Shown one piece after another: positions 39,807 through 49,068 of a DNA stretch of 54,395 nt; position 1 is the stretch's first letter; each line of letters opens with the position of its first letter. The DNA lies in NCBI GenBank assembly GCA_964618485.1, contig CAZUBB010000001.1:1-54395 (forward strand), read 5' to 3'. The notes beneath the pieces were generated by a model. That model had not been told where the DNA came from, ran no database searches, and saw nothing but the letters and a program-made list of their open reading frames with translations. Position numbers and translations under genes: made by a program. This DNA is from an uncultured Pirellulales bacterium (GTDB lineage Bacteria > Planctomycetota > Planctomycetia > Pirellulales > JALHLM01).

Positions 39807-39950
39807 ATGCGTGAACCGAAGCCCTACTGGAAGCGGTCCCATTCCTGCTGGTACTTGAAGCTGAACGGCCAGCACATCGCCTTGATCCCGACAAGGAGAT
39901 CGCATGGCGCATGTACTACGGGATGATGAGCGGCGTCTCCGTCGCCGATG
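39807..39950 (+). pseudogene. Frameshifted N-terminal stub of a tyrosine-integrase-like gene next to tRNA-Ala
   Basis: MREPKPYWKRSHSCWYLKLNGQHIAL in one frame continues as (L)DPDKEIAWRMYYGMM in another frame after about 39880. Together these resemble the KPWYRKxRxxWYVxLxGKQxxLGxDKxEAxxRYHxLM N-termini of planctomycetal phage-type integrases, from memory. No catalytic domain follows. Confidence 0.4.
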
Positions 39951-39996
39951 GGACAGACGCCGGCGTCACCAACCGTGTTGATGCTGCAAAGCCCAC

Positions 39997-40024
39997 CCCA
40001 TCGGCGACGGAGTCGCCTCCTACA
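39997..40024 (+). repeat. REP-like intergenic element, copy 1 (CCCATCGGCGACGGAGTCGCCTCCTACA)
   Basis: Identical over 26 nt to 43609-43634 and 27/28 identical to the reverse complement of 50563-50590. It contains the hairpin GGCGAC-GGA-GTCGCC. Confidence 0.8.
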
Positions 40025-40035
40025 GCTTGGCAGCG

Positions 40036-40803
40036 CTATGGCTTCAATGGAACTGGCGTCAGCCGAACCTGCAGTTTCGACGATTCAGGCGGAAAGGCCG
40101 GTGCCACACCCTTCTCTTGCGGAACTGCGAGCACATCAAGGAGATTCACCGCCTCATCAGCTTCGAACGTGTCAGTCGCATAACTTCCAGCGACGTGGAA
40201 TTTCCTTCGCCATTCCTGTGTCAGCCACGGCAAGCTCGACAATGGTAAGTCTTGAAACGTGCTTTCCGTGTCCTGGTCCGCGGAGGCCAGTGTCAGTGCC
40301 GTATCCCAGCGACCGTCATCGACATTGCTATTGTACTCATACCAGATTTTCCATTCGCCCGGCTTGAGCACGAATTCTCGTCCCGGCGGAAAAGTGAATC
40401 GGGTCGGAGCGCCCGGCTTGGCAACAGAGACGTCGTCAACGTCGACGCTCAAGCGATACGAAGTACCTGGCGGTACATAGACGCGCCAAAGAAACGCCTT
40501 CTCGCGCGGGACGGTGGTTTGCTGCGCTCTGACATGAAGCTTGGTCGAATCTCGAACAACCAATTCACCAGTTTCACGTCGTAATTGCAGTAGATTCTCG
40601 CGGGTGCGGTGCAACTCGCGCGATGTGTTCCAATGCGAGATGCCGAGTATCAAGATGACCGTCACGGCGATCATCGACCGCAACGAGAAGCGGAACCAGC
40701 GGTGGCGATTGTTGGCGGTCGGCTCGGTCAATCTTCCTTGTCCCCTCCGCGTCTCAGCGCCTCCGCGGTTCAAAAATCCGAACCGCCTACGCCTCTTCCA
40801 CAT
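40036..40803 (-). CDS. Hypothetical membrane-anchored protein
   Basis: Start chosen at ATG 40803 (MWKRRRRFGF...). It has a single TM, RFSLRSMIAVTVILILGISHW, a typical planctomycetal N-terminal anchor pattern. There are no recognisable domains. It overlaps the der stop by 17 nt. The tracked ORF extends upstream to 40977, inside der. Confidence 0.5.
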   Translation of the reverse strand: MWKRRRRFGFLNRGGAETRRGQGRLTEPTANNRHRWFRFSLRSMIAVTVILILGISHWNTSRELHRTRENLLQLRRETGELVVRDSTKLHVRAQQTTVPREKAFLWRVYVPPGTSYRLSVDVDDVSVAKPGAPTRFTFPPGREFVLKPGEWKIWYEYNSNVDDGRWDTALTLASADQDTESTFQDLPLSSLPWLTQEWRRKFHVAGSYATDTFEADEAVNLLDVLAVPQEKGVAPAFPPESSKLQVRLTPVPLKP

Positions 40804-42169
40804 GCTCCGGCGTCTCAATATCCTCGTCCCCGCCCCGGTTCCCGCGACCTTCCTGGCTGCGGCGGAGGTAGAGCTTGATCGGCACCTCGCTGAACGGGAG
40901 ATGCTCGCGGAAGACGCCGAGGAGATAGCGCTGATAGGTATGATCCAGCGACTTGGGGTCGTTGGCGAAGAGCACAATTGTCGGCGGCTGCGTGCCGACT
41001 TGCGTGGCGTAATAAATCTTCGGCCGGCGATTCTGGTACAGCGGCGGCGGCGTCCGCTGGAGCGCCGCGCGAACCAGCTTATTCAGATCGGCCGTCGACA
41101 CGCGTTCCAGCGATTGCTTGTGCAACATTTGCGCGTGGTTCAAAAGCGCCTTGACGTTCTTCCCGGTCTCGCCGGTGATGAACGCGATCGGCACGTGCCA
41201 CATGGTGCGGAACGTGTCGCGCAGATACGTGACCCACTTCTCAGTCGGCATGGAGCCGTGCAGTAGGTCCCATTTATTGACCACGAACACGCATGGCTTG
41301 TACTGCTGCGAGATGTAATCGCACAGTTGCTTGTCGACCATGCTGATCTTCTGCGAGGCGTCGAAAAACAGCAGCACGACGTCGGCCCGGCGAATGCTCC
41401 GCTGGGCGCGATGCGTGCTATAGAAGTCGAGGTCCGTCGTGATCGCCTTGTTACGCCGCAGCCCCGGCGTGTCGATGGCGATGAACGTCTTGCCGTCGAG
41501 TTCGAACCGCACGTCGATGCTGTCGCGCGTCGTGCCGGGAACTTCGCTCGCGATCACCCGCTCCGCCTGCGCGAGCGTGTTGACGAAGGTGCTCTTGCCG
41601 GTATTGCGGCGGCCGACGATCGCCACCTTCATCGTCGGTTCGGCCGGCGGCCCGTCCGCCTCATAGACCTTGGGCGGCAAATGGTCGACGATTTCGTCCA
41701 GGAGCAGCATCCGATTCCGATTTTCCTGGACGCTCACCTTGATGAGCTTCCCGCGGCCGAGCTTGTAGAACTCGTCCGAGAGGTTGTCCATGCTCGGCGC
41801 GTCGGTCTTGTTGGCGACGCACAGAATCGGCACGTCGACGTACCGCAGCCGGCGCGAGACCTCCTGGTCGAGCGGCGTCAGCCCATCCCGCGTATCGACG
41901 ACGAACACGATCACGTCGGCCGAGTCAATGGCGATTTCGATCTGCTGCTCGATGTGCTCGGTCAGGTTGTCGGAATCGGTAATGCCGATCCCCCCGGTGT
42001 CAACCAGCTCAAAATACCGGTCGCGGTGCTCCATCAGGTACGTGAGGCGATCCCGCGTCACGCCGGCGACGTTATCCACAATGGCCAACCGCCGCTGGGC
42101 CAGCCAGTTAAAGAGGCTGGATTTCCCAACGTTGGGCCGGCCGACGATCACGACTTGAGGAACGCTCAT
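40787..42169 (-). CDS. der: Ribosome-associated GTPase Der (EngA)
   Basis: 460 aa with two tandem GTPase domains. Domain 1: VVIVGRPNVGKSSLFNWL, DTGG, NKTD. Domain 2: VAIVGRRNTGKSTFVNTL, DTPG, NKWD. A KH-like C-terminal domain follows. Confidence 0.95.
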   Translation of the reverse strand: MSVPQVVIVGRPNVGKSSLFNWLAQRRLAIVDNVAGVTRDRLTYLMEHRDRYFELVDTGGIGITDSDNLTEHIEQQIEIAIDSADVIVFVVDTRDGLTPLDQEVSRRLRYVDVPILCVANKTDAPSMDNLSDEFYKLGRGKLIKVSVQENRNRMLLLDEIVDHLPPKVYEADGPPAEPTMKVAIVGRRNTGKSTFVNTLAQAERVIASEVPGTTRDSIDVRFELDGKTFIAIDTPGLRRNKAITTDLDFYSTHRAQRSIRRADVVLLFFDASQKISMVDKQLCDYISQQYKPCVFVVNKWDLLHGSMPTEKWVTYLRDTFRTMWHVPIAFITGETGKNVKALLNHAQMLHKQSLERVSTADLNKLVRAALQRTPPPLYQNRRPKIYYATQVGTQPPTIVLFANDPKSLDHTYQRYLLGVFREHLPFSEVPIKLYLRRSQEGRGNRGGDEDIETPEHVEEA

Positions 42170-42353
42170 AAGCCCTTCATCATACTCGCCCAGCGACCTT
42201 TCGTCATTCGGGCCACCGAACTAGCCCGGAGCGCCAGCGAGGGAGAGCGGACGTCGCAAAAGAAAACGGGCGATTTCGGGAGAATTCCCCTCCACCGCTG
42301 CCCCCTAGATCGCCGCCTACGCGCACCGGCGCCACGCAAGAATAAAACCCGGC

Positions 42354-43574
42354 CTAGACCGCTGCGGTTTCGCGCCGGGCCCGTTGTGTCGGCTTTTTAA
42401 CCTTGGCGGTGGAGGCCGAGTCCGCGCGTCGGGCGTACAAGAATTCGATCAAATCCTGGTACCCCTCGACCATCCGGCTGAGCGAGGCGTTCGCCAGGAC
42501 GAAAACCCGCCCCTCCCGCCCCATTTCCCGCCGTCGCGGACCGTCCAGCAACAACTCCTCGATCCGCTCCGCCAATGGCGACGCCTGGTGCGGTTCGACC
42601 AGGTAGCCGGTTAGGCCATCGCTCACCGTGTCCGGAATCGAACCCACACGCGGCGCGACCACCGGGACGCCGCAGGCCATCGCCTCAAGAATCGACACCG
42701 GATTGGCTTCCATCCGCGAACTGAGCGCGAACACATCGCACAGGTTCAGCCACTGGGGCACGTCGTCCCGGTTCCCGAGAAAATGCACCGCGTCGTTGAG
42801 CTTCAACTGGTGCGCGAGGGACAACAACCGCAACCGCTCCGGACCGTCGCCAATCACCAGGAACCGCGTCCCCGGCACGCGCTCGCGGACTTTCGCGGCC
42901 GCCTCGATGAACAAGGCGTGATTCTTCTCCGGCCGCAGCGCCGCGACGATGCCGACCACGCGTTCATGGTCCGCGATTGATAGCTCCGCCCGTTGCGCAG
43001 CACAATCCAAATTGGGCCGGAAGCGAAACACGTCCACGCCGTTCGGGATAACGAACACCTTCGCGGCCGGGAAACCTTCGCGCTCGATCAAGTGTCGTCC
43101 ATGCGACGGCGCCACGGCGATGAATCCGTCCGTGATGTTCGTCAGCCAGCGATTCGGCCGTTCGATGCAATCGGGCCAGCCGGTCGAGTGGAGCGCCGAC
43201 AGCACGACGGGCACGCCCGCCTTGGCCGCGGCGAGGCGCCCCCAGAACATCTTGTCCCCCGCGCCGACGGTCACGACGGCATCGACCTTGCGATCCGCAA
43301 ACAATTTCGCCAAGCGATCGCGCACCCGCACGTCGTACTTATTTCGCAACAGCGAATGAAACGCCGGCACGTCGACGGCCAATTGCTCGCCAATCGGCCC
43401 CAGTTCCTTGAGACAGCAAATTTCCGGCGCAAACCGGGCCCGATCCATCCGCCGTACTAGATTCAACAACAACGTCTCCGCCCCGCCGACCGGCAGCGAA
43501 GTGTTGACAAACATCACGGTCAACGGTCGCTGATCGGCGTCGCATTCGTCAAGAATTGTTCGATGCACGGCCAT
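42354..43574 (-). CDS. Glycosyltransferase, GT4 family (GT-B fold)
   Basis: 406 aa. The C-terminal Glycos_transf_1 signature is FALSSRMEANPVSILEAMACGVPVVAPRVGSIPDTV (EX7E type). Confidence 0.9.
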   Translation of the reverse strand: MAVHRTILDECDADQRPLTVMFVNTSLPVGGAETLLLNLVRRMDRARFAPEICCLKELGPIGEQLAVDVPAFHSLLRNKYDVRVRDRLAKLFADRKVDAVVTVGAGDKMFWGRLAAAKAGVPVVLSALHSTGWPDCIERPNRWLTNITDGFIAVAPSHGRHLIEREGFPAAKVFVIPNGVDVFRFRPNLDCAAQRAELSIADHERVVGIVAALRPEKNHALFIEAAAKVRERVPGTRFLVIGDGPERLRLLSLAHQLKLNDAVHFLGNRDDVPQWLNLCDVFALSSRMEANPVSILEAMACGVPVVAPRVGSIPDTVSDGLTGYLVEPHQASPLAERIEELLLDGPRRREMGREGRVFVLANASLSRMVEGYQDLIEFLYARRADSASTAKVKKPTQRARRETAAV

Positions 43575-43608
43575 GTTTCGCCCACCTCAAGAAAACGCAG
43601 ATCAAGCG

Positions 43609-43634
43609 CATCGGCGACGGAGTCGCCTCCTACA
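43609..43634 (+). repeat. REP-like intergenic element, copy 2
   Basis: CATCGGCGACGGAGTCGCCTCCTACA lies between the GT4 start (43574) and the GNAT stop. The GNAT stop codon (43630-43632) falls inside the element. It is followed by the tandem CTCCGTACTCC(TTG/GTG) units at 43638-43669. Confidence 0.8.
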
Positions 43635-44844
43635 CTTCTCCGTACTCCTTGCTCCGTACTCCGTGCTCCTTCCCTCCCGCTCCTGACTCCTGGCTCCTTC
43701 CGAGCGCATGAATCTCCGGCAACGGCGCCGGCGCCTCCGGACGCCATTTCGATTTCCATCGCTTCGCCGCCACGAGGCCATCGAAGAGCTGCTTACTGCC
43801 AACTGCCGCCGTCGAAACGAGCGACTTGCCCAGGGGATACGCCCGCGTCGACCACCGCGCGGACGCGTCCATCAGCGGACCGTAGAAATCCACCAGCGAC
43901 GGCGTCCCTTCGTTCGCGTGCTGTGCGTGCAAGCTTTCCAGCCAGCGGTGCATCAGCACATGCCAAGGGCTGAACTTCGCCATCGCCGGGTCGTACGCGA
44001 TCTTGGCCGGAAAGAGCGTTCCCTTGCCGGAGAACACGAGCTGAAATGCGGCGTCGCTCCCGGCATGTTGCAGGAAATGCAACTCCGCCCCTTGCCAGAG
44101 CGACAATTGCCGCACGAGCTTCAGGTAGAAGTCGTACATGCCCGGCGTGCGCAGAATCGACGTTCCTTCGCTCCCTTTCCAGCTCCGGTCTTCCACTTCG
44201 CAGCCGCGCCGCAACAGCGGCGCCAGCTTGGAACTGACCGTCTCGGTCGCGACCACCAGCTCGGTTGGCCCTTGTTCTTCAATCCGCCGGCCCATCTGCC
44301 GAAAATGCTTGCGATGGTTCTTCGAACGACTGCTCTCGTAGTCATGCCAGTTTCCAGCAATCTCCACCTGGCCGATCATGTAGCGCAGCCGCGAATCCAC
44401 TTCACTTCCCGCAGCCTGGAGCGCCGCCAGCAGCATCCGCCACGACGGCGACGCAAGCGGAATCTCGTTCAGCATCACGAGCGACCACGGGCCGCTGCGC
44501 AATCCCTCGGCCAGCAGCTCGCACACTCCGGCCGCATCGGCGGTACGATCGATCAGCAACTCGCCCGTCACACACCACGGATTGTTCGTCAGCGTCGCGA
44601 CGTGCCACGCCCCCATCCAGCGCGTCCGCACGAGGGGCAGCGCGCCCACGTAGCGCCCGTTCTGCGCGACGACGAGCGCCTGGAAGTTCGCCTCGCGCGC
44701 AAACTGTTCCAACCACAGCGCGACGGTCTCGGCGCGGCACGTCGGCAGCGCGACGTCGCTCCGCCACCACAAGTCGTCCCAGTCGGCGGCGACTTCGCGC
44801 AACTCCTCGACGGACGACAGAATCCGCAACGTGAGGTCAGTCAT
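43630..44844 (-). CDS. CelD/BcsL-like (FemAB-type) GNAT acyltransferase, paralogue 1
   Basis: 404 aa. Its layout and length match the paralogue at 47481-48671: N-terminal W...LW....P...P.W..W..F block and C-terminal FxxxGxxxAxxxxxxxxG-type GNAT half. The last ~25 aa (GAGGKEHGVRSKEYGEV) are encoded by repeat-derived DNA. Confidence 0.7.
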   Translation of the reverse strand: MTDLTLRILSSVEELREVAADWDDLWWRSDVALPTCRAETVALWLEQFAREANFQALVVAQNGRYVGALPLVRTRWMGAWHVATLTNNPWCVTGELLIDRTADAAGVCELLAEGLRSGPWSLVMLNEIPLASPSWRMLLAALQAAGSEVDSRLRYMIGQVEIAGNWHDYESSRSKNHRKHFRQMGRRIEEQGPTELVVATETVSSKLAPLLRRGCEVEDRSWKGSEGTSILRTPGMYDFYLKLVRQLSLWQGAELHFLQHAGSDAAFQLVFSGKGTLFPAKIAYDPAMAKFSPWHVLMHRWLESLHAQHANEGTPSLVDFYGPLMDASARWSTRAYPLGKSLVSTAAVGSKQLFDGLVAAKRWKSKWRPEAPAPLPEIHALGRSQESGAGGKEHGVRSKEYGEV

Positions 44845-44888
44845 GAAAGCAAATCTTCCTCGGCGACTGGGCGCCGTGTTTTGTTTTG

Positions 44889-45029
44889 TTCACCACAGAG
44901 GCACAGAGGTCACAGAGGAGAAGATGGGACTCGCGCCATTGGGTTTGTCGACGCGCGGCATTGCAACGGAATCTACGTCTCGCCCTCTCTTCTTCTTTCT
45001 CTCCGTGAACTCCGTGCCTCCGTGGTGAA
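44889..45029 (-). ncRNA. 141-nt long-stem hairpin in the flippase-GNAT intergenic region (structured mRNA element, minus strand)
   Basis: The arms are TTCACCACAGAGGCACAGAGGTCACAGAG (44889-44917) and CTCCGTGAACTCCGTGCCTCCGTGGTGAA (45001-45029). 25/29 positions are Watson-Crick. Three of the four mismatches are A-C on the plus strand, which become G-U wobbles on the minus strand. Confidence 0.5.
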
Positions 45030-45046
45030 TCCGAACTCAATGTCAT

Positions 45047-46615
45047 TTATCCAACGGAAGCGCTCGACGCCCTGCGCGAGAATCGCTCGCGCAGCGCCTG
45101 AACGGCGCGTTCCACGGGCCTCAGATACCCTACTAGCGCCGCGACGATCGTCCGGCGTTCCTCGGCGGCGAGGAGCCAGTTGGTGCTGAGCCCAATCGTG
45201 GCGATCGTGACGAGCGTAACGGTCGCGACGATGGGGCCAAAGCAGATCAATCCTGGCAACATCGAAGCGACAGCCGCGCCGCGATCGAGTTTCATGCCCA
45301 GGGAGCGATTCGCCGCAAACACGAGCATGAGCGCCGTGGCGGTTCCGAACATCGTGGCCGCCACCGCGCCGTGCAGCCCCCACTTCGGCAGCCACCAGAG
45401 GTTCAGCAAGATATTGACGATCAGCCCCACGAGTAGCGACAGACTCGCCAGCCGTGCTTTCTCCGCACACCAGAGATAGTTCTGTGCGACGGAACTTTGC
45501 GCACCCCACAGACAGTAAGTGAGCGTCATCGGCAGCACTGCCAGCCCGGCGCTGAACTTGCCGCCGAACGCGCTCCCGAACATCCACGGTGCGATCCATA
45601 GCACCGCCACGGCGCCGGCGGTCATCACGAATGCGAAGGTCTTCAGAATCAGGTTCAGTCGCTGCCCGACCGCCTCGCGCCGGCCATGTTCCCAGTCGAA
45701 ACTCAGATGCGGCGTGATCATCGCCGCCATCAGCTCTGCGAGTCCGACGAACAACAGTGGAATCAACCGCGCGCTGTGGTACTGCCCCACCTGCGCGAGC
45801 GCCTCGTCGGCCGGCAGCCCACTGTGGTGAACGAGCATGTAGCGATCGGCCACCTCAAACAAATTCGTTAGCCAGTTCGTGGCCCAGAGCCAGACGGCAA
45901 ATGGGAACAGCTTTCCCCAGAACGCCCGTTGCGAAATCGGCGCCACGGCCGTTTCCACGCTCCGCCACGTGCGCACCAACAGCGGCAAGGCGCCTGCCGC
46001 CGAGAGCAAACAGGCTGCGCCGTAGCCGACGATCACGCCCACGGCGTCCATCCGCCAGCACCAGAGCAGAGCCAGGCTCAGCGTCGCGAACAAAATCGTG
46101 CTCGCAAATTGAATCCCAGAGACGACGCGATACTGCCGCAGCGCCGTAAAGAGCGACACCAGATAATTCTGCCCCACGACCGCCGCGAGGCAGAACGTCA
46201 GCCAGCCGATCAGCGCCGCGCTCTCGCGATCGCCAAAGACGACGACGCTCCAGTAGTCGGCGTTCCAGCACAGTGCAGTCGCGCCGATCGCGACCATCGC
46301 GACCGTGAACAACGTCGCGCGGCGCAGAAACACCGCCATTTGCCCCTGCCGGCGAAAATACTCCACGTACCGGCCGAACGAGCCGGGAATACCGAGCACG
46401 AGCACCGGCGCGGCTAGCATCAGAAAACCGAACGCCAAGTCCCATCGCCCGAGTTGATCGGGGTCCAGCCAGCGGCAGACGAGCACGCTCCGTCCAAAGC
46501 CCACGGCGCGCTGCAGGAACGTGATCGCAAACAGAATCAGCACGCTCGAGGCGAGCGAATCCCCCGCCAGCCTGTCGGTCGGCGCCGGCGTGCTTGCCGC
46601 GGTCAGGGCGCTCAT
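45047..46615 (-). CDS. Polysaccharide/oligosaccharide flippase (MOP/Wzx-like)
   Basis: 522 aa, hydrophobic throughout with about 12-14 predicted helices. It lies between sugar-modifying genes, and its start overlaps the upstream deacetylase stop by 4 nt (46612-46615). Confidence 0.75.
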   Translation of the reverse strand: MSALTAASTPAPTDRLAGDSLASSVLILFAITFLQRAVGFGRSVLVCRWLDPDQLGRWDLAFGFLMLAAPVLVLGIPGSFGRYVEYFRRQGQMAVFLRRATLFTVAMVAIGATALCWNADYWSVVVFGDRESAALIGWLTFCLAAVVGQNYLVSLFTALRQYRVVSGIQFASTILFATLSLALLWCWRMDAVGVIVGYGAACLLSAAGALPLLVRTWRSVETAVAPISQRAFWGKLFPFAVWLWATNWLTNLFEVADRYMLVHHSGLPADEALAQVGQYHSARLIPLLFVGLAELMAAMITPHLSFDWEHGRREAVGQRLNLILKTFAFVMTAGAVAVLWIAPWMFGSAFGGKFSAGLAVLPMTLTYCLWGAQSSVAQNYLWCAEKARLASLSLLVGLIVNILLNLWWLPKWGLHGAVAATMFGTATALMLVFAANRSLGMKLDRGAAVASMLPGLICFGPIVATVTLVTIATIGLSTNWLLAAEERRTIVAALVGYLRPVERAVQALRERFSRRASSASVG

Positions 46616-47484
46616 CCCCGGACCGCCTTCGGCGCCGGCTTCGCCGCGGCGCGCGGCGCGTAGTCGTAACGCGGTAGGTGCAGCTTGCGCGGATCGACCG
46701 TCAACCAGTTCCTCAGTCGCACGAGTTCCGGGTCGCCATGGATGCGCTGCAAATGGAACGCGTCTTCGCCGGGAAAGTTGTAGCCGCCGTAGGCCGAGCA
46801 GACGCCCGCCAGGCCGGCGTCGCGCGCAATCTCAAAAGCCCGCGCGTTCAGGTTGTTCCATTGCCCGTAGGGGAAAGCGAAGTAACGAATCGGCATGCTG
46901 AGCAGGTCAGCGAGGTCCTCCGCCGAGCCGACGATCTCGTTGAACAGCGTCCCGTCGTCGCCGATCTTTCCTAAATCGACGTGCCCCCGCGTGTGCGCGC
47001 CGATCTCAACGCCCCACGACGCCATCTCGCGCAGTTGCTCCGGCGTGTTCGGCGCCAGAGGACGGCCGAGCGCCACGTCGTGCGGGAACGGCTTCCGCTC
47101 CAACACAAAACGGGAAGCGACAAAGTAAGTGCACGGAATTTGCTCTCTTACCAAGAGCGGCAGCGCATACTCCATGTTCTCCGCGTAACCGTCGTCGAAC
47201 GTAATCGCCACGGCCGGACGCGCGTTCTGCCCCGATTGAATCCGCGCCTGCGCCTCGGCGAGCGAAACGACGTCGCAATGCGACTTGATCCAGGCGATCG
47301 CCCGAGCAAAGTCGCGCCGCGAGCAGGTCCAGGAATTCGTCACATCGTCCGCCACGCGGTGGTAGAACAGCACCATCACCGGCGCCCGCGCAGCGGCCTG
47401 CCATTGCGCCTGCGCCCGGCGTCGCCAGGGGACGCTCGACAGGTAGTACAGTTCCAGGAGCAATTCGCGCCATCGCTTCATCAT
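46612..47484 (-). CDS. Polysaccharide deacetylase (NodB homology domain)
   Basis: 290 aa with NodB motifs: AITFDDGYAENMEYALPLL (TFDDG type), GVEIGAHTRGH, FAFPYG. Confidence 0.85.
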   Translation of the reverse strand: MMKRWRELLLELYYLSSVPWRRRAQAQWQAAARAPVMVLFYHRVADDVTNSWTCSRRDFARAIAWIKSHCDVVSLAEAQARIQSGQNARPAVAITFDDGYAENMEYALPLLVREQIPCTYFVASRFVLERKPFPHDVALGRPLAPNTPEQLREMASWGVEIGAHTRGHVDLGKIGDDGTLFNEIVGSAEDLADLLSMPIRYFAFPYGQWNNLNARAFEIARDAGLAGVCSAYGGYNFPGEDAFHLQRIHGDPELVRLRNWLTVDPRKLHLPRYDYAPRAAAKPAPKAVRG

Positions 47485-48671
47485 GTCGTGCTCACCTTGG
47501 CGGTCGCGGCGATTCCCCGGCCTGCATCGCGGGCCTTGCGCAGCCCCCTCTTAATCCAGCGCTTCATCTTGTTTTGGGCCAACCAGACGCCATGCGCGAT
47601 GCGCGTGGCTGCCCGCGGCGCGGCGACGCGCACGTCCCACGTCGCCTGCGGTTCCGCTCGCCAGTTCTTCTTGTAACTCTCGTCGCCCCTAAGGTAGTCG
47701 AAGCGGCGGATACCGTGTTCGATCGCCCAACGCTTGCTGGCCAACTGCGTCATGCGCCCCGGCTCCAATTCGAGCGCCGCGGGATCGAGGCCCGATTGAT
47801 AGGCGTACAGCGTTCCCTGATGCACGAATTGGTGTTCTGCGGAGACGGGTTCACCGCGATGCTCCAGCCACCACAGCCGCAGTTCGCCCCGCGCCAGGAG
47901 CCGCCGCGCGACGTCGCGGTGGAATTCCGCGAACAGCCGCGAGGCAAAGCAGCCCGCCTCGCCTAGACTTTCCCAGCGCCGCTGATGCAATTCGACGAAA
48001 ACGTCCCAGCCGTGATCGAATTCGACGTCGCTTTCAACCGTTCGCACTGCGAACTCGTTCTCGTCTTCGAGGCGCGCGAGCGCTTTGCGCGCCTGCGCCC
48101 GGCGATTCTTCGAGAGCTTCGCCAGGAACGCTTCCAACGTGTCGGGCAGGCTGATCAGCCAGCAGTTCAAACTCGCCCGGCAGTGAACGAGGCAGCCGCG
48201 CGCATCCAATTGCATCAGCAGCCGCTGCATCGCCACGTCGTCGCGATCGACGCACTCAAAACTCAGATGATCCCAGCGATCATACGCCTGGCCGGTGAGC
48301 CAATCGGAAACGGTCGGGCGGTCGTCGGCCAGCCAATCCGCGACGGCGTCAGCAATCTCCTCTTCATGGCCCGGGAGGCAAAGCAACGACGGATGGTCGG
48401 AACAAACTTCTCCGTCCCCCAGGAAATGAACGGTTCCGGTCCCGGCCAGCGATCGTTCCAGGTACCAGGGCGCAACCCCGACGACGCGTCCATGCCCGTC
48501 GTATACCAGCAAGGTGTACAGTTCCAGGCGACGGCGGCGGTCGCGCGCATAATGCCGCCACCAGCACTCGATCCATGTCCAGGTGGCGAAAAACCGACCA
48601 GCCGCGAGCCGGTCCCATTCCGCAGGGGAAAGCGGTAAATCTTCCAACGACGTGGCGCGCGTGACGTACAT
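47481..48671 (-). CDS. CelD/BcsL-like (FemAB-type) GNAT acyltransferase, paralogue 2
   Basis: Start chosen at ATG 48671 (MYVTRATSLEDLPLSPAEWDRL...), giving 397 aa. The tracked 664-aa ORF extends upstream through low-complexity sequence that overlaps the divergent Wzz-like gene. Confidence 0.7.
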   Translation of the reverse strand: MYVTRATSLEDLPLSPAEWDRLAAGRFFATWTWIECWWRHYARDRRRRLELYTLLVYDGHGRVVGVAPWYLERSLAGTGTVHFLGDGEVCSDHPSLLCLPGHEEEIADAVADWLADDRPTVSDWLTGQAYDRWDHLSFECVDRDDVAMQRLLMQLDARGCLVHCRASLNCWLISLPDTLEAFLAKLSKNRRAQARKALARLEDENEFAVRTVESDVEFDHGWDVFVELHQRRWESLGEAGCFASRLFAEFHRDVARRLLARGELRLWWLEHRGEPVSAEHQFVHQGTLYAYQSGLDPAALELEPGRMTQLASKRWAIEHGIRRFDYLRGDESYKKNWRAEPQATWDVRVAAPRAATRIAHGVWLAQNKMKRWIKRGLRKARDAGRGIAATAKVSTT

Positions 48672-48843
48672 ATATCGCAAGTCTTTGTCACGGCGACGAG
48701 AATGCAAACCCCAGCGGATGGATACCTGTTCACGACCCGCCGCGCCCCCGCCGCACGGCGCCGGTCGTGTGCAACATTCACAAAGTAACGCGCATGTCGA
48801 GCAATACGCCGTCAGCCAGGAAGCGGCCGGCGGAATGACCGAT

Positions 48844-48876
48844 CGCGACCGCGTGTGGCGAAATCGCCACGTCGCG
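48844..48876. promoter_or_regulatory. Palindrome in the divergent GNAT/Wzz promoter region
   Basis: GTGGCGA-AA-TCGCCAC (48855-48870) is flanked by CGCGAC (48844-49) and GTCGCG (48871-76). Confidence 0.35.
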
Positions 48877-49068
48877 GACATCGGACAAGGGCCAACGCAA
48901 CTCCGCCGCCGGGTGAAGTCCCACTCGCAAGAGAAGCCACCGCAAAGAGATGCCGCCACGACCGTTTGAGGTTTTTTCATCGCGTACCGATGTGGTCCCG
49001 GAATTGCACCCCGTTGTCGAACCCTCGACAGCCTGGACACGCCGCTCGATTTTTTGAAGGTCGCCACG

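Noticed and set aside
39702-42169. An intact genomic island integrated at tRNA-Ala, extending rightwards
   Set aside because: Only a frameshifted integrase stub remains. The following genes include the essential housekeeping GTPase der, and I did not spot a second copy of the tRNA 3' end (attR) in the window.
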